A stretch of DNA of 32,000 nucleotides from Candidatus Syntropharchaeum caldarium (GCA_001766815.1 LYOS01000001.1:390001-422000), one strand, 5' to 3'; positions 18,423 to 28,284 are shown, counted from the stretch's first letter. Made by a program: numbers and translations. Notes: generated by a model from the letters alone, not told the origin.

Positions 18423-19748
18423 ATGAAAAAGCAGAGAAGGCCCAGAAAATTAACACTTTTCGATTTTGAGAAGGTTGAATCCTGCGATTGTGTGGTTGAG
18501 GCTTCTGCGGAGGATGCGGTAATCGAGAAGGAGGAGAAGTTTGGGATACCGATATTCACGGTTGAGGAGGTCACATCCCGCATAAAAGAGATCATTGAGG
18601 CAGATAGAACGCTTCAGAAACTTTGGGTCAGGGGAGAAGTATCCAATCTGAGATACCATTCTTCTGGACACATCTATTTTACATTGAAAGATGAAAAGAG
18701 CAGCATAAGGTGTATCTGCTTCAGAGGAAACGCTTCACGCATCAAGTTTCGCATGGAAGAGGGTATGGGCGTTCTTGCGCTTGGAAACGTCGGCGTTTAT
18801 GAACTCGGTGGATCGTATCAGCTCTATGTGGATGATGTGGAGCCAGATGGTCTTGGGGCATTATATCTTGCGTTTGAACAGTTGAAAGAGAAGTTGAAGA
18901 AAGAAGGGTTGTTTGATGATAGATTCAAAAAGCCCCTGCCACGTTTTCCAACAAAGATCGGGATTGTAACATCCCCTGGTGGTGCAGCGATACGTGATGT
19001 TGTGAAGATCCTGAGACGTCGCTGGAGAGGGCTTGAGATACTTGTTGCACCTGTGAGAGTGCAGGGCGAAGGGGCAGCAGCAGAGATCGCCGATGCAATT
19101 CGCATGATGAACGAACATGATGATCTCGATCTACTAATCGTTGGTAGGGGAGGGGGATCTGTTGAAGATCTGTGGGCATTCAATGAGGAGATTGTTGCAA
19201 GGGCGATCTTTGAATCAGAAATTCCGGTGATCTCAGCGGTTGGACATGAGACCGACTTCACGATAGCAGATTTTGTCGCAGATATTCGGGCAGCAACACC
19301 ATCGGCCGCTGCAGAGATTGCTGTGCCTGATCAGATCGAGGTTCTCCAGACCATCAATTCACTGGAGTCGAGGATCAGGACAGGAATTCTCCAGATCATG
19401 AAAGAGCAGCGCAGGCGAGTTGATCATGCAAGAGAGATGATCGTATCGAGGAAACCACAGGATCAGATAAACCAGAAGCGACAGCGAGTCGATGAACTCA
19501 CCAATATCATCACGCGCTCACTTCAGCATCGGATTGACATAAACAGAAAGATTTTACACGGTCTTATGGAAAAGATAGATGCTTTAAGTCCTTTATCGGT
19601 TCTTAAGCGTGGTTATACGATAACATACAGCTTACCTGATCACAGGGTGCTTAAACGATCGTCTGAAACATCGGTTGGTGACGAGATCGAAGTGCAGTTT
19701 GCAGACGGGAGGATTGTCTGCGGGGTCAAGCAGATGCGAGGGGATTAG
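18423..19748 (+). CDS. xseA: Exodeoxyribonuclease VII large subunit
   Basis: 441 aa. It has an OB-fold N-terminus (LWVRGEVSNLRYHSSGHIYFTLKD), a catalytic core (GIVTSPGGAAIRD, RGGGSVEDLWAFNEE, GHETDFTIADFVAD) and a C-terminal helical region. The first 40 aa or so may be an overextended start. Confidence 0.85.
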   Translation: MKKQRRPRKLTLFDFEKVESCDCVVEASAEDAVIEKEEKFGIPIFTVEEVTSRIKEIIEADRTLQKLWVRGEVSNLRYHSSGHIYFTLKDEKSSIRCICFRGNASRIKFRMEEGMGVLALGNVGVYELGGSYQLYVDDVEPDGLGALYLAFEQLKEKLKKEGLFDDRFKKPLPRFPTKIGIVTSPGGAAIRDVVKILRRRWRGLEILVAPVRVQGEGAAAEIADAIRMMNEHDDLDLLIVGRGGGSVEDLWAFNEEIVARAIFESEIPVISAVGHETDFTIADFVADIRAATPSAAAEIAVPDQIEVLQTINSLESRIRTGILQIMKEQRRRVDHAREMIVSRKPQDQINQKRQRVDELTNIITRSLQHRIDINRKILHGLMEKIDALSPLSVLKRGYTITYSLPDHRVLKRSSETSVGDEIEVQFADGRIVCGVKQMRGD

Positions 19749-19805
19749 ATGCTTCAGGCGATGGCCACCACAACCCCTTTATAATCGAAACACAGACCTT
19801 CTCCT

Positions 19806-21800
19806 ATGCAAGGTCATCGCCCACACGTTGTAACCTGTGGACTTCCGTATGCAAACGGACCCGCTCACATCGGACACTTACGGACGTACGTGCCAGCAGA
19901 TGTCTATGTACGGATGCTCAGAAAACTCGGCGAGGAGTTAATATTCATCTGTGGCTCTGATACGCACGGAACGCCGATCGTTGTCAATGCAGAGAGCCTG
20001 AAGATAACGCCAAAAGAGCTTGTTGAAAAGTATCACCACTACTTTGATGCAACATTCAAGAAGCTTGGGGTCATATTCGATAACTATGGGAGCACAGACT
20101 CTGATTACAATCACAGAAGAACGCAAATAATCACAAAGGAGCTCATCAATCGTGGTTATGTCTATCCAAAGTCGATCGAGCTTGCATACTGCCCCACATG
20201 CCAGATTTTTCTTCCAGATCGTTATGTTGAGGGCAGATGCCCGTACTGCGGCTCGGTAGCCAGGGGAGATGAGTGTGACCAGGGATGTGGGCGTCATCTT
20301 GAGCCAGGTGAGATCCTTGATCCACTCTGTAAGGTCTGTGGAATGAAGGCTGAGTTCAGAGTGCAGGAGCATTACTTCTTCAAACTCTCTGAGTTCAGAT
20401 CGTTTCTGCTTAAATTTCTCGAAGAACTTCGTGGAACATCAAACGCACGGAACTATGCCCTTGGATGGGTCAAAGGTGAACTTAAGGACTGGTGTATCAC
20501 ACGAAACCTCGACTGGGGTGTGAAGTTTCCTGGAAGAGATGATCTTGTCGTCTATGTCTGGGTTGATGCACCGATTGGATACATTTCATCGACCGAAGAA
20601 TGGGCAGATAGAGTTGGTGCGAACTGGGAGGATTACTGGAAAGGTGACGCCAGGATCACGCACTTTATCGGTAGTGATATCATCTACCACCACTGCATAT
20701 TCTGGCCTGCAATGCTTAAAGGCGCGGGGTATGCGCTTCCATCGGCGGTAATCGCATCTGGAATGGTCAAGATCGATGATAAGACCTTCTCAAAGTCACG
20801 GGGCTACGTCGTATGGGTCGATGAGTACCTTGAAAACGGTTTTCATCCAGATCTCCTGCGTTACTATCTTGTAAGCTATACATCCCATACTAAGGAGCTC
20901 AACTTCTCGTGGCAGGTCTTTCAGGAGAAGTGCAACAATGAGCTTTTGGCAGTACTTGGTAATCTCGCATACCGTACGCTCCTCTTCACGTTCAAGAACT
21001 TCGGTGAGGTGCCCGAGGGTGAGATCGAAGAGGAGGTTATAGAAGAGATCAAAGGAACGATCGAGCTTGTAAAGGCTTCAATAGAGGAGTATGAGCCGAA
21101 ACGCATGGTTGATTCTGTGATGGCACTTGCAAATTTTGGAAATGCTTATTTCCAGTCACACAAACCATGGGAGCTTGTAAAGAGTGATAAGGTGGCGTGT
21201 GGCAGGGTACTGAAAAACGCTCTTCAGATTGTCAAGGCACTTGCCATCCTCTTTGAGCCTGTGATGCCATCAAAGATGGAACTACTCTGGGAGGATCTTG
21301 GGATGGAAGAGGATATCCATAAGGTGTCTGTCACAGCAGCGTTGACCCCGCTCAATGAGGGAATTAAGCTTGGCAAGCCGAGATTACTCTTTGATCGGGT
21401 CGAGGATGATATAATAGCACGTATGCAGGAGATACTGCACCAACGGATTGAAGGGGGTGGAGACGAGATGGTCGAAAAAACTGATATGATCACCTATGAT
21501 GAGTTTGAGAGGCTTGACATCAGGGTTGGTAGAGTGGTTGAAGCAATAGCGGTTGAAGGCTCAAAGAAGCTCATAAAACTGATGGTTGATCTTGGTGAAG
21601 ATAAACCACGTCAGATCGTTGCAGGCATCGCAGAGCTTTACAGTGCAGAGGAACTTGTGAACAAAGAGATCATTGTACTTGCAAACCTCGAACCTGCAAC
21701 GATCTTTGGGGTCGAGTCCAGGGGTATGCTACTTGCAGCAGGCGAAGGAGTGCTTCTTGTGCCTGATAGAGAGGTTAAACCAGGAGATCGGATCAGGTGA
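19806..21800 (+). CDS. metG: Methionine--tRNA ligase with C-terminal tRNA-binding (Trbp111-like) domain
   Basis: 664 aa with the HIGH-type motif ([12 protein letters not shown]), a zinc knuckle (CPTC..CPYC), the KMSKS-type motif (FSKSRG), and a C-terminal [20 protein letters not shown] segment. Confidence 0.9.
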   Translation: MQGHRPHVVTCGLPYANGPAHIGHLRTYVPADVYVRMLRKLGEELIFICGSDTHGTPIVVNAESLKITPKELVEKYHHYFDATFKKLGVIFDNYGSTDSDYNHRRTQIITKELINRGYVYPKSIELAYCPTCQIFLPDRYVEGRCPYCGSVARGDECDQGCGRHLEPGEILDPLCKVCGMKAEFRVQEHYFFKLSEFRSFLLKFLEELRGTSNARNYALGWVKGELKDWCITRNLDWGVKFPGRDDLVVYVWVDAPIGYISSTEEWADRVGANWEDYWKGDARITHFIGSDIIYHHCIFWPAMLKGAGYALPSAVIASGMVKIDDKTFSKSRGYVVWVDEYLENGFHPDLLRYYLVSYTSHTKELNFSWQVFQEKCNNELLAVLGNLAYRTLLFTFKNFGEVPEGEIEEEVIEEIKGTIELVKASIEEYEPKRMVDSVMALANFGNAYFQSHKPWELVKSDKVACGRVLKNALQIVKALAILFEPVMPSKMELLWEDLGMEEDIHKVSVTAALTPLNEGIKLGKPRLLFDRVEDDIIARMQEILHQRIEGGGDEMVEKTDMITYDEFERLDIRVGRVVEAIAVEGSKKLIKLMVDLGEDKPRQIVAGIAELYSAEELVNKEIIVLANLEPATIFGVESRGMLLAAGEGVLLVPDREVKPGDRIR

Positions 21801-21805
21801 TTTAA

Positions 21806-22957
21806 ATGGGGGAACGAGCTGCACTATTTTACTCAGATGATTTTCTGAAGTACGATTTTGGGAGATCTCATCCCCTGAACCCAGTGAGGCTTCTTTTAAC
21901 ATACACGCTTATGATGGAGATTGGATTATTCAAGGCAAAAGGTGCATCGATTGAAAAGCCTGAATATGCCACAGAATTGGATATAATGCGGGTTCACACA
22001 CCCAGGTTCATCGATGCCGTAAAGGCAGCAGGTGAAGGTAACCTTCCAAGATCACCTATCACCTTAAGCGAGTTTGGACTTGGATACGGAGATAACCCGA
22101 TATTCGATGGTATGTATGAGGCATCCTCTCTGTATGTGGGCGCAAGCCTCAAGGCAGCACGGCTCATCGCTGAAGATAAGTTTGATCATGCGTTCAACAT
22201 CTCAGGTGGCCTCCATCATGCAACCGAGAATCGTGCATCGGGTTTCTGCATCTTCAATGATCCTGCGATTGCCATCAAATTTCTAAGAGAACACTTTGAG
22301 CGGGTGATGTATATCGATATCGATGCCCACCATGGTGATGGCGTTCAGTGGATTTTCTACGGCGACCCATCAGTTCTGACCGTCTCACTCCATGAGAGCG
22401 GGGATTATTTATTCCCTGGAACCGGCAGGGTTAATGAGATTGGAGAAGGCAAAGGAAAGGGTTATGCCGTAAACGTCCCATTACCAAGATATACAACCGA
22501 TGATCCATATCTCTATGCCTTCAGGGGGGTTGTACCACCGCTTGCAGCAGCATTTGAGCCCCAGGTAATCGTGACGCAGCTTGGAGTGGATACACACTTC
22601 AGTGACCCACTGACGGACCTTTCACTCACAACCCGTGCATACAACGAGATCGGCGAGATCCTGCACGAGATTGCACACAGCATCTGTGATGGCAGGTGGC
22701 TTGGACTCGGTGGAGGTGGATATGATATGACGGTTGTACCCCGTGCCTGGAGTATCTTCTTTGGCAAGATGGCGGGGTCGGATCCTCCTGACGAGATACC
22801 TCTTACATGGGTCAGGTTCTGTGAGGATACGATCCATAGACGCCCCCCATCGAGGATTTTAGATCAGGAACAGGTAAAAAAGGACCCTGCGATATTTGAG
22901 GCGGTTAAGGAGGTTGTTGAAGAGGTTAAAGCGATGCATCGGGATTTCTTTGGTTGA
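21806..22957 (+). CDS. Histone deacetylase-family protein (AcuC/AphA-like deacetylase)
   Basis: 383 aa with GGLHHA, DIDAHHGDG and a HESGDYLFPGTG motif typical of class I HDAC-like enzymes. Confidence 0.85.
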   Translation: MGERAALFYSDDFLKYDFGRSHPLNPVRLLLTYTLMMEIGLFKAKGASIEKPEYATELDIMRVHTPRFIDAVKAAGEGNLPRSPITLSEFGLGYGDNPIFDGMYEASSLYVGASLKAARLIAEDKFDHAFNISGGLHHATENRASGFCIFNDPAIAIKFLREHFERVMYIDIDAHHGDGVQWIFYGDPSVLTVSLHESGDYLFPGTGRVNEIGEGKGKGYAVNVPLPRYTTDDPYLYAFRGVVPPLAAAFEPQVIVTQLGVDTHFSDPLTDLSLTTRAYNEIGEILHEIAHSICDGRWLGLGGGGYDMTVVPRAWSIFFGKMAGSDPPDEIPLTWVRFCEDTIHRRPPSRILDQEQVKKDPAIFEAVKEVVEEVKAMHRDFFG

Positions 22958-23003
22958 TTGAGCAGATCCAAACCGTTTTATACGATACAGAATTAATCCC
23001 TTT

Positions 23004-23513
23004 ATGTCGAATACAATTGTTGTACTTGAGACGAATAAGGGAAAGATTGAGATCGAACTCAATCGTAAAAGATCCCCGATTACTGTTGAGAACTTCCTTC
23101 GTTACGTAAAAGAGGGGCATTATGATGGGACGATATTCCACCGCGTCATCGATGGATTCATGATTCAGGGTGGAGGTTACACGCCGGATGGAAGCGAGAA
23201 GCCTGCCCATAAACCTATCAAGCTGGAATCAAAGAACGGCTTGAAGAATGAGGTTGGAACCATAGCGATGGCAAGAACAGCCGATCCAGATAGTGCCACC
23301 TGCCAGTTTTTCATCAACGTCGCAGATAACAGGTTTCTGGATTACCGACCTGATAGCGATGGGTATGCAGTATTTGGCAGCGTAGTCTCTGGCATGGATG
23401 TCGTTAATCAGATAAAGGCTGTGAAGACCGGTAACAGGGGACCATTTGCTGACTGGCCTCTTGAAGATATTATCATAGAACGGGCCTACGTCAGTGGGGA
23501 TTTGAGCCTTTGA
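23004..23513 (+). CDS. Cyclophilin-type peptidyl-prolyl cis-trans isomerase
   Basis: 169 aa. The motifs [31 protein letters not shown] and ATCQFFIN are present. Confidence 0.9.
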   Translation: MSNTIVVLETNKGKIEIELNRKRSPITVENFLRYVKEGHYDGTIFHRVIDGFMIQGGGYTPDGSEKPAHKPIKLESKNGLKNEVGTIAMARTADPDSATCQFFINVADNRFLDYRPDSDGYAVFGSVVSGMDVVNQIKAVKTGNRGPFADWPLEDIIIERAYVSGDLSL

Positions 23514-23517
23514 GCGC

Positions 23518-24294
23518 TCAACTCAACCCAATAAATGAACTATCGATACCTCCAGCTCTTCTCCAGATCTGGATTGCTTTTTTTGCCCTTGACGGGTTGT
23601 CAAATGTCGAAGTTATCGCACTATCGCCTGGTTCTCCAATCAACGGATCAATCGATCCTTTTTTGATGTTTGCAACCCATATCATCGCACTGTCTGGTAT
23701 GTAATACTCATCCATCGAGCGGATGAAGTTTACAAATGCCCATGGTGTCTTCTCAGTAGGAACGATAAAGACATTTACTTCACCCCCAAACTCTTCAAGC
23801 ATATCTGGCACCACATTTATTGTGGGAAGAAGACGGAGGTAAAGGGGTTCAAAACCATCTTTCTCTGCCAGAATCTTATTTTCTCCTTCGATAACCTCTG
23901 TTTTGTAGCCTGCCTCCTGCATGAAATTCAATACAACAGTTTTGAACCTATCAAAATCAATCCGACTCTCGACAAGACGTAAGAACGCTTTTGAGATCTC
24001 TGCCTCCATAAATCGGTGGCTTGGAGGGCAGTAAAAGGTCTCGCCAAGGTAGTTTATCTTAACGTGCAGGTCAGGGGAGTTTATTGAGAGTTTTTCATGG
24101 GTTGTGATACTGTTAAATATTAGATCCTCCATCGATTCCCCAAAATCCTTCTCTATTTCGGTTTTTCGTTTCTCTTCTATCTTTGAAACTTCTTCAGCAA
24201 TCTTTGAACGCAGTTCCTCCTCAGAGAGCACTAAATAGATGTTTATATAATGTGTGAGATTCTTCAGCACCTCACCAATCTCATTCGTTTCCAT
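23518..24294 (-). CDS. Hypothetical protein (unrecognised family)
   Basis: The frame is long and intact, with host-like codon usage and composition. I chose the start at the METNEIG Met (24294), because the longer start at 24372 would overlap the divergent GTPase start. I recognised no motif. Confidence 0.5.
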   Translation of the reverse strand: METNEIGEVLKNLTHYINIYLVLSEEELRSKIAEEVSKIEEKRKTEIEKDFGESMEDLIFNSITTHEKLSINSPDLHVKINYLGETFYCPPSHRFMEAEISKAFLRLVESRIDFDRFKTVVLNFMQEAGYKTEVIEGENKILAEKDGFEPLYLRLLPTINVVPDMLEEFGGEVNVFIVPTEKTPWAFVNFIRSMDEYYIPDSAMIWVANIKKGSIDPLIGEPGDSAITSTFDNPSRAKKAIQIWRRAGGIDSSFIGLS

Positions 24295-24362
24295 CAAATC
24301 ACCAGATGAGTTCTTCATGGCAGACATTAAAAAACTTTTTGAGCATCCACGCCTATCTTGGT

Positions 24363-25448
24363 ATGATGGCAATAGAAGATGAGATCAGGGAGATTGAGGA
24401 AGAGATAAAGAAGACGCCGTACAACAAAGCTACCCAGCACCATATCGGCAAGCTTAAAGCCAAACTCTCCAGACTCAGGGACGAAGCGGTCAAAAGAGCG
24501 TCAAAGAAGAGCCATCATGGTGGTTACTCAGTCAAAAAAACAGGAGATGCAACGGTTGTACTTGTGGGACCCCCCTCTGTTGGAAAGTCCACACTGCTTA
24601 ATCAATTCACAAACGCAGTATCAGAGGTTGCACCATACGACTTTACAACGCTCGATGTAATTCCCGGCGCTATGGAGATCTATGGGGCAAAGATCCAGCT
24701 TCTTGATGTTCCAGGGCTGATCGAGGGCGCATCGATGGGTAAAGGACGTGGGAAAGAGGTGATCTCTGTTGTAAGATCTGCAGATATGATTTTACTTCTT
24801 ACAACCGTATTTGAGGTTGAGCGACTCTATGCAATCGAAGAAGAGCTTTACAATGCTGGCATCAGATTAAACCTCCAGCCACCTGATGTCAGGATCGTGA
24901 AGCGAGATCGTGGCGGCATCAGGATTAACAGGACTCCCAATGTCACGCTCGATGATGATGTTATTAAAGCGGTTCTTGAAGAATACAAGATCCATAACGC
25001 AGATATTATACTCAGAGAGGATGTTACAATAGACCGATTGATTGATGCAATCCTTTCAAACCGCCGTTATATACCTTCACTCAGAATTATAAATAAGATG
25101 GACCTCATAAGTTCTGATGAACTTCTGAAGTTGAAAAAGATACCAAACAGTGTTCTGATCTCGGCTAAAACAGGAGCTGGACTTAAGGAGCTTGAGGAAA
25201 GGATATTCACTGGACTTGGATTTATGCGCATCTACATGAAGCCTCCTGGAAAGAAGGCAGACATGCAGAATCCGCTCATCGTAAAAGCCGGTGCCACGGT
25301 CGCTGATGTGGCAGAAAAAATCCATCGCGATTTTAAAAAGAATTTCAGATATGCACAGGTCTGGGGACGCTCTGCAAAGCACGAGGGACAGCGTATCGGA
25401 CTCTCACACAGGCTTTCGGATGAAGATATTCTGCGAATTGTGAGCTGA
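24363..25448 (+). CDS. DRG/Rbg-family (Obg-like) GTPase with C-terminal TGS domain
   Basis: The N-terminus (M)MAIEDEIREIEEEIKKTPYNKATQHHIGKLKAKL is followed by G1 GPPSVGKST, G3 DVPG and G4 NKMD, with a TGS-like C-terminus. The start is taken at ATG 24363 or 24366 rather than the track start at 24306. Confidence 0.85.
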   Translation: MMAIEDEIREIEEEIKKTPYNKATQHHIGKLKAKLSRLRDEAVKRASKKSHHGGYSVKKTGDATVVLVGPPSVGKSTLLNQFTNAVSEVAPYDFTTLDVIPGAMEIYGAKIQLLDVPGLIEGASMGKGRGKEVISVVRSADMILLLTTVFEVERLYAIEEELYNAGIRLNLQPPDVRIVKRDRGGIRINRTPNVTLDDDVIKAVLEEYKIHNADIILREDVTIDRLIDAILSNRRYIPSLRIINKMDLISSDELLKLKKIPNSVLISAKTGAGLKELEERIFTGLGFMRIYMKPPGKKADMQNPLIVKAGATVADVAEKIHRDFKKNFRYAQVWGRSAKHEGQRIGLSHRLSDEDILRIVS

Positions 25449-25512
25449 TCAGGATTCATGGGCGGTCAAATATAAATACACCCCTCTCTTAGCTATAGGT
25501 GAGGTATAATCA

Positions 25513-25839
25513 ATGACAGTGATTGAGATAACTGATGATACATATGCAGATACGATAAATAATAATCCAGCAGTCCTTGTGGATTTCTGGGCAGCGTGGT
25601 GTGGACCCTGCAGGATGATCGGGCCAATGCTGGATGAGCTTTCAGAGAAATACAACGGCAAGGTGCTCTTCTGTAAGGTCAATGTAGATGAGAATCAGAA
25701 AGTAGCGATGGATAATGGTATAATGGCAATTCCAACCCTGAAGCTTTATAAGAACGGCGAGGTTTTTGATACCATCGTGGGTGTTGTGCCAAGAGATAGC
25801 CTCGCGGCTGTGATAGACAAACTCATTGCCCAGGAATAG
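25513..25839 (+). CDS. trxA: Thioredoxin
   Basis: 108 aa with the WAAWCGPC active site. A GGTGAGGT Shine-Dalgarno-like sequence lies upstream. Confidence 0.9.
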   Translation: MTVIEITDDTYADTINNNPAVLVDFWAAWCGPCRMIGPMLDELSEKYNGKVLFCKVNVDENQKVAMDNGIMAIPTLKLYKNGEVFDTIVGVVPRDSLAAVIDKLIAQE

Positions 25840-25841
25840 AA

Positions 25842-26417
25842 TTAAGCTTTAGCCCCATATTCTTCACAGATCCTGATGAAGTTCAGAAGGATCTCGTTTC
25901 CTCTTTTTGTGTGAGAGACCTCCGGGTGGAACTGTAGACCATAGAGCGGGCGTGTTTTGTGTTTCATCGCCTCGATCTCTGAGATAGCTGACCTTGCGAG
26001 GCGGATGAACTCATCTGGAAGCGTAGCCACCTCATCGGCATGTGAGGCCCAGACGATCTCTTTTGCTCCAAGTCCCCTGAATATATCATCCTCATCCAGT
26101 ATCTCGATCTCCACCTCTGCATATCCGCCATGTTCACCGCTTATCACCGGTGCACCAAATGTCTTTGCAATTAGCTGGTGACCAAGACATATCCCCAGGA
26201 TTGGGAGATCGATCTCTCTGACATACGTTTCACAGAGTCCGATCCTCTCCATTGAGGGACCTCCACTCAATACAAGCCCATCGGGTTCTTTTGCAAGAAT
26301 CTCATCGACAGGAGTTGTATTTTGAACGAGCTGGCTTTCAACGTCAAGATCCCTCAACGCACGGTGTATCAGATGGCAGAACTGCCCGTAGTTATTTATG
26401 ACAAAGATCTTCATCAT
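25842..26417 (-). CDS. guaA: GMP synthase (glutamine-hydrolysing) subunit A, stand-alone glutamine amidotransferase
   Basis: [21 protein letters not shown].., the catalytic GICLGHQ and the FHPE motif are present. I chose the internal start at 26417 or 26414 because TTTATAT lies about 27 nt upstream. The track extends the frame to 26489. Confidence 0.85.
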   Translation of the reverse strand: MMKIFVINNYGQFCHLIHRALRDLDVESQLVQNTTPVDEILAKEPDGLVLSGGPSMERIGLCETYVREIDLPILGICLGHQLIAKTFGAPVISGEHGGYAEVEIEILDEDDIFRGLGAKEIVWASHADEVATLPDEFIRLARSAISEIEAMKHKTRPLYGLQFHPEVSHTKRGNEILLNFIRICEEYGAKA

Positions 26418-26524
26418 ATCTGCGAACTTATAATTCCAGACAGAATATAAAGGTTCGGATGGCGATAGAAGCGCAATAGAGGGTATCAATTATTAAAGTG
26501 TTAACATTCATATCTTCTTAAATC

Positions 26525-27190
26525 ATGCATCTCAATACCCTCTACCTCACCCTGCGATCCACAACTCCAATAGAGGGGGATGCATCGCATTTAAGGGGCT
26601 TCTTTGCAAGCAGGTTCAACGAATACGCCCTTCTCCACCAGCACGTTGATGTTGATAAACTTCTGTACCGTTATCCGCGAATCCAGTACAAGATAATCGA
26701 TGGCGATCCGCTTGTTCTTGGTATAGAAGAGGGGGCAGAGGTATTGAAGGAGATTTATGATAAGTACGAGGAGATACGGATAAAAGATACGGTATATACG
26801 ATCGTTGAACGTGGAATAACGCTGAGAGCGGAGGAATTTGGAGTTTCGAATAAGATTCTTGGTTATACCTTTAAGACCCCGTGGATTGCGCTTAATCAGG
26901 AGAACTATGAGAGGTATCTGAGATCGAAGAGGCGAGAACGGCGTGAGATCCTGCGGCGAATTCTCGTTGGAAATATCCTATCTGCATCAAAGGGGCTTGA
27001 TTATGTTGTACTTGATGAGATAAAGCTTGAGATTGGTGAGATGAAGCCTGTTAAGTGTAAGATCAAGAAAACGCCATTTATGGGGTTTGTGGGTGAATTT
27101 CTCGTGAACTTTGCGATTCCTGAGTACATGGGGCTTGGTAAGTCGGTATCGAGGGGGTTTGGGGCGGTGGTTGGTGCATGCAACTCGTAA
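26525..27190 (+). CDS. cas6: Cas6-like RAMP endoribonuclease (orphan; no CRISPR array in window)
   Basis: 221 aa. The C-terminal glycine-rich loop [13 protein letters not shown] has the GxGxxxxxGxG RAMP/Cas6 signature. The N-terminal [26 protein letters not shown] resembles Cas6-family (PF10040-type) proteins. The 3' end overlaps the ATG of a cas1 remnant. Confidence 0.55.
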   Translation: MHLNTLYLTLRSTTPIEGDASHLRGFFASRFNEYALLHQHVDVDKLLYRYPRIQYKIIDGDPLVLGIEEGAEVLKEIYDKYEEIRIKDTVYTIVERGITLRAEEFGVSNKILGYTFKTPWIALNQENYERYLRSKRRERREILRRILVGNILSASKGLDYVVLDEIKLEIGEMKPVKCKIKKTPFMGFVGEFLVNFAIPEYMGLGKSVSRGFGAVVGACNS

Positions 27191-27407
27191 TCAACACTCG
27201 CGGATCATACCTCAAGAAAGGTCGTTTGCGGTTGAGAATAACATCGAGATCGTCTTCATAGACCAGAATGGCAACCCTTACGGGAGAATCTGGCACTCAA
27301 AGCCTGGAAGCACGACATTGATCAGAAGAAAGCAGCTTGAGATCTATGATAAAGATGATGGGTTGAAGCTTGCAAAGGCATGGTCTTTAAAGAAGATCGA
27401 GAATCAA
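27178..27407 (+). pseudogene. cas1: cas1 remnant: N-terminal about 17 codons, then an out-of-frame internal deletion, then about 59 codons, then truncation
   Basis: The frame from ATG 27178 reads [15 protein letters not shown], a typical Cas1 N-terminus, and stops at 27259-27261. A second frame from about 27231 reads [53 protein letters not shown]. This matches the Cas1 N-terminal beta domain and the start of the helical domain. The catalytic C-terminal two thirds are absent. Confidence 0.75.
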
Positions 27408-27410
27408 AAG

Positions 27411-27527
27411 GAGGATATTGACACCGCGATGAAACTCGGATACAACCACCCGATGGGTCCACTTGAGCTGACAGATCTCATAGGGCTTGATACAATCCTC
27501 AAGATAGAGCAGGGCTTTATGGACGAA
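27411..27527 (+). pseudogene. Fragment of a 3-hydroxyacyl-CoA dehydrogenase C-terminal domain, fused in frame to the cas1 remnant
   Basis: [30 protein letters not shown] closely follows the conserved Hbd/3HCDH_C motif (DID.AMKLG.NHPMGPL.L.D.IGLD). No NAD-binding N-terminal domain is present anywhere nearby. Confidence 0.7.
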
Positions 27528-27565
27528 AGACCGGAAGAGAATCTATTTCCTCTCCTTCTTATTTT

Positions 27566-27898
27566 TCACAATAGAGAATCTTCCTCCTCGATTATCCTGA
27601 TCCCTGCACGCGTAGCATAGAAGTACGCACCTCCAAGAACCTTCTCATAGGGGTATCGCCCTGCAAATGTCTGGATGACGAGAAGATCTCCCCCATTCTC
27701 GGATCGCTGAATTATTACACAGATCACATAGGGCTTCAGGAAGGCCGAGGTTACAAGAATATCCTTTCTCGGTTTTGTGATGTAGTAATAACCTTCAAAC
27801 CTCTCCTCGATCTCTGAGAGCGATCTTGCCTCGTCAAAGACCCACCTGAATGCAAGCGCATTCTTTATCGGAAGCCGTTTTTTGATCTCATCTATCAT
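27566..27898 (-). CDS. Hypothetical small protein (downstream gene of an overlapping two-gene pair)
   Basis: 110 aa counted from the internal Met ([21 protein letters not shown]..). Its ATG overlaps the stop of the upstream 98-aa gene by 11 nt. GATC content is host-like. I recognised no motif. Confidence 0.45.
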   Translation of the reverse strand: MIDEIKKRLPIKNALAFRWVFDEARSLSEIEERFEGYYYITKPRKDILVTSAFLKPYVICVIIQRSENGGDLLVIQTFAGRYPYEKVLGGAYFYATRAGIRIIEEEDSLL

Positions 27899-28184
27899 AA
27901 TTCTCTTTCTCCACAAGAACCTCCTTATGCACAAACCCCGCATCATCAATAGCGAGGAGAAGGTATGCCTGCCTGCCGCTTACCTGCTCATCCTCGATCC
28001 TGGCTCTATACATCGCAATCTCTGGATCCTCAAGAAAGCTTCTGAGAAGTTCTATCTCCTCCTCAAGATCCGTATCCTTTCCACCGTTTTTAAGATACTC
28101 ATCAACCGCCTTCCAGTACCTACCTTTAGCGACCGTCTCGATACACTTTCCTGGTTCAGGTTTTATCGCGATAGTTCTTCTCAT
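27888..28184 (-). CDS. Hypothetical small acidic protein (upstream gene of the pair)
   Basis: 98 aa (MRRTIAIKPEPGKCIETVAKGRYWKAVDEYL..). It is translationally coupled to the downstream gene. A TATATTTTAT element lies about 55 nt upstream on the minus strand. Confidence 0.45.
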   Translation of the reverse strand: MRRTIAIKPEPGKCIETVAKGRYWKAVDEYLKNGGKDTDLEEEIELLRSFLEDPEIAMYRARIEDEQVSGRQAYLLLAIDDAGFVHKEVLVEKENYDR

Positions 28185-28250
28185 ACAGGATCAATTATCT
28201 ATCTTTCTCAAATTCCACAACGGATTCATCCTTCATAAAATATACCTATG

Positions 28251-28262
28251 CGAACTTTAAAA
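28251..28262 (+). promoter_or_regulatory. Possible archaeal BRE/TATA element (cgaacTTTAAAA) for a plus-strand transcript
   Basis: TTTAAAA at 28256-28262 is preceded by a purine-rich cgaa. The hairpin-rich region begins about 25-30 nt downstream. Confidence 0.3.
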
Positions 28263-28284
28263 GAATGAAGAGTACACAAATGTC

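Noticed and set aside
24295-24372. Longer N-terminal extensions of the hypothetical gene (to 24372) and of the DRG GTPase (from 24306)
   Set aside because: The two extensions overlap each other on opposite strands. The GTPase family N-terminus begins at MAIEDEIREIEE. Choosing the internal starts leaves a normal divergent promoter gap of about 70 nt.
27111-27620. 169-aa ORF as a genuine protein
   Set aside because: Its first 40 codons or so are an out-of-frame overlap with the 3' end of the cas6-like gene. The rest is a Cas1 fragment joined to a dehydrogenase fragment. It is treated as pseudogene debris.
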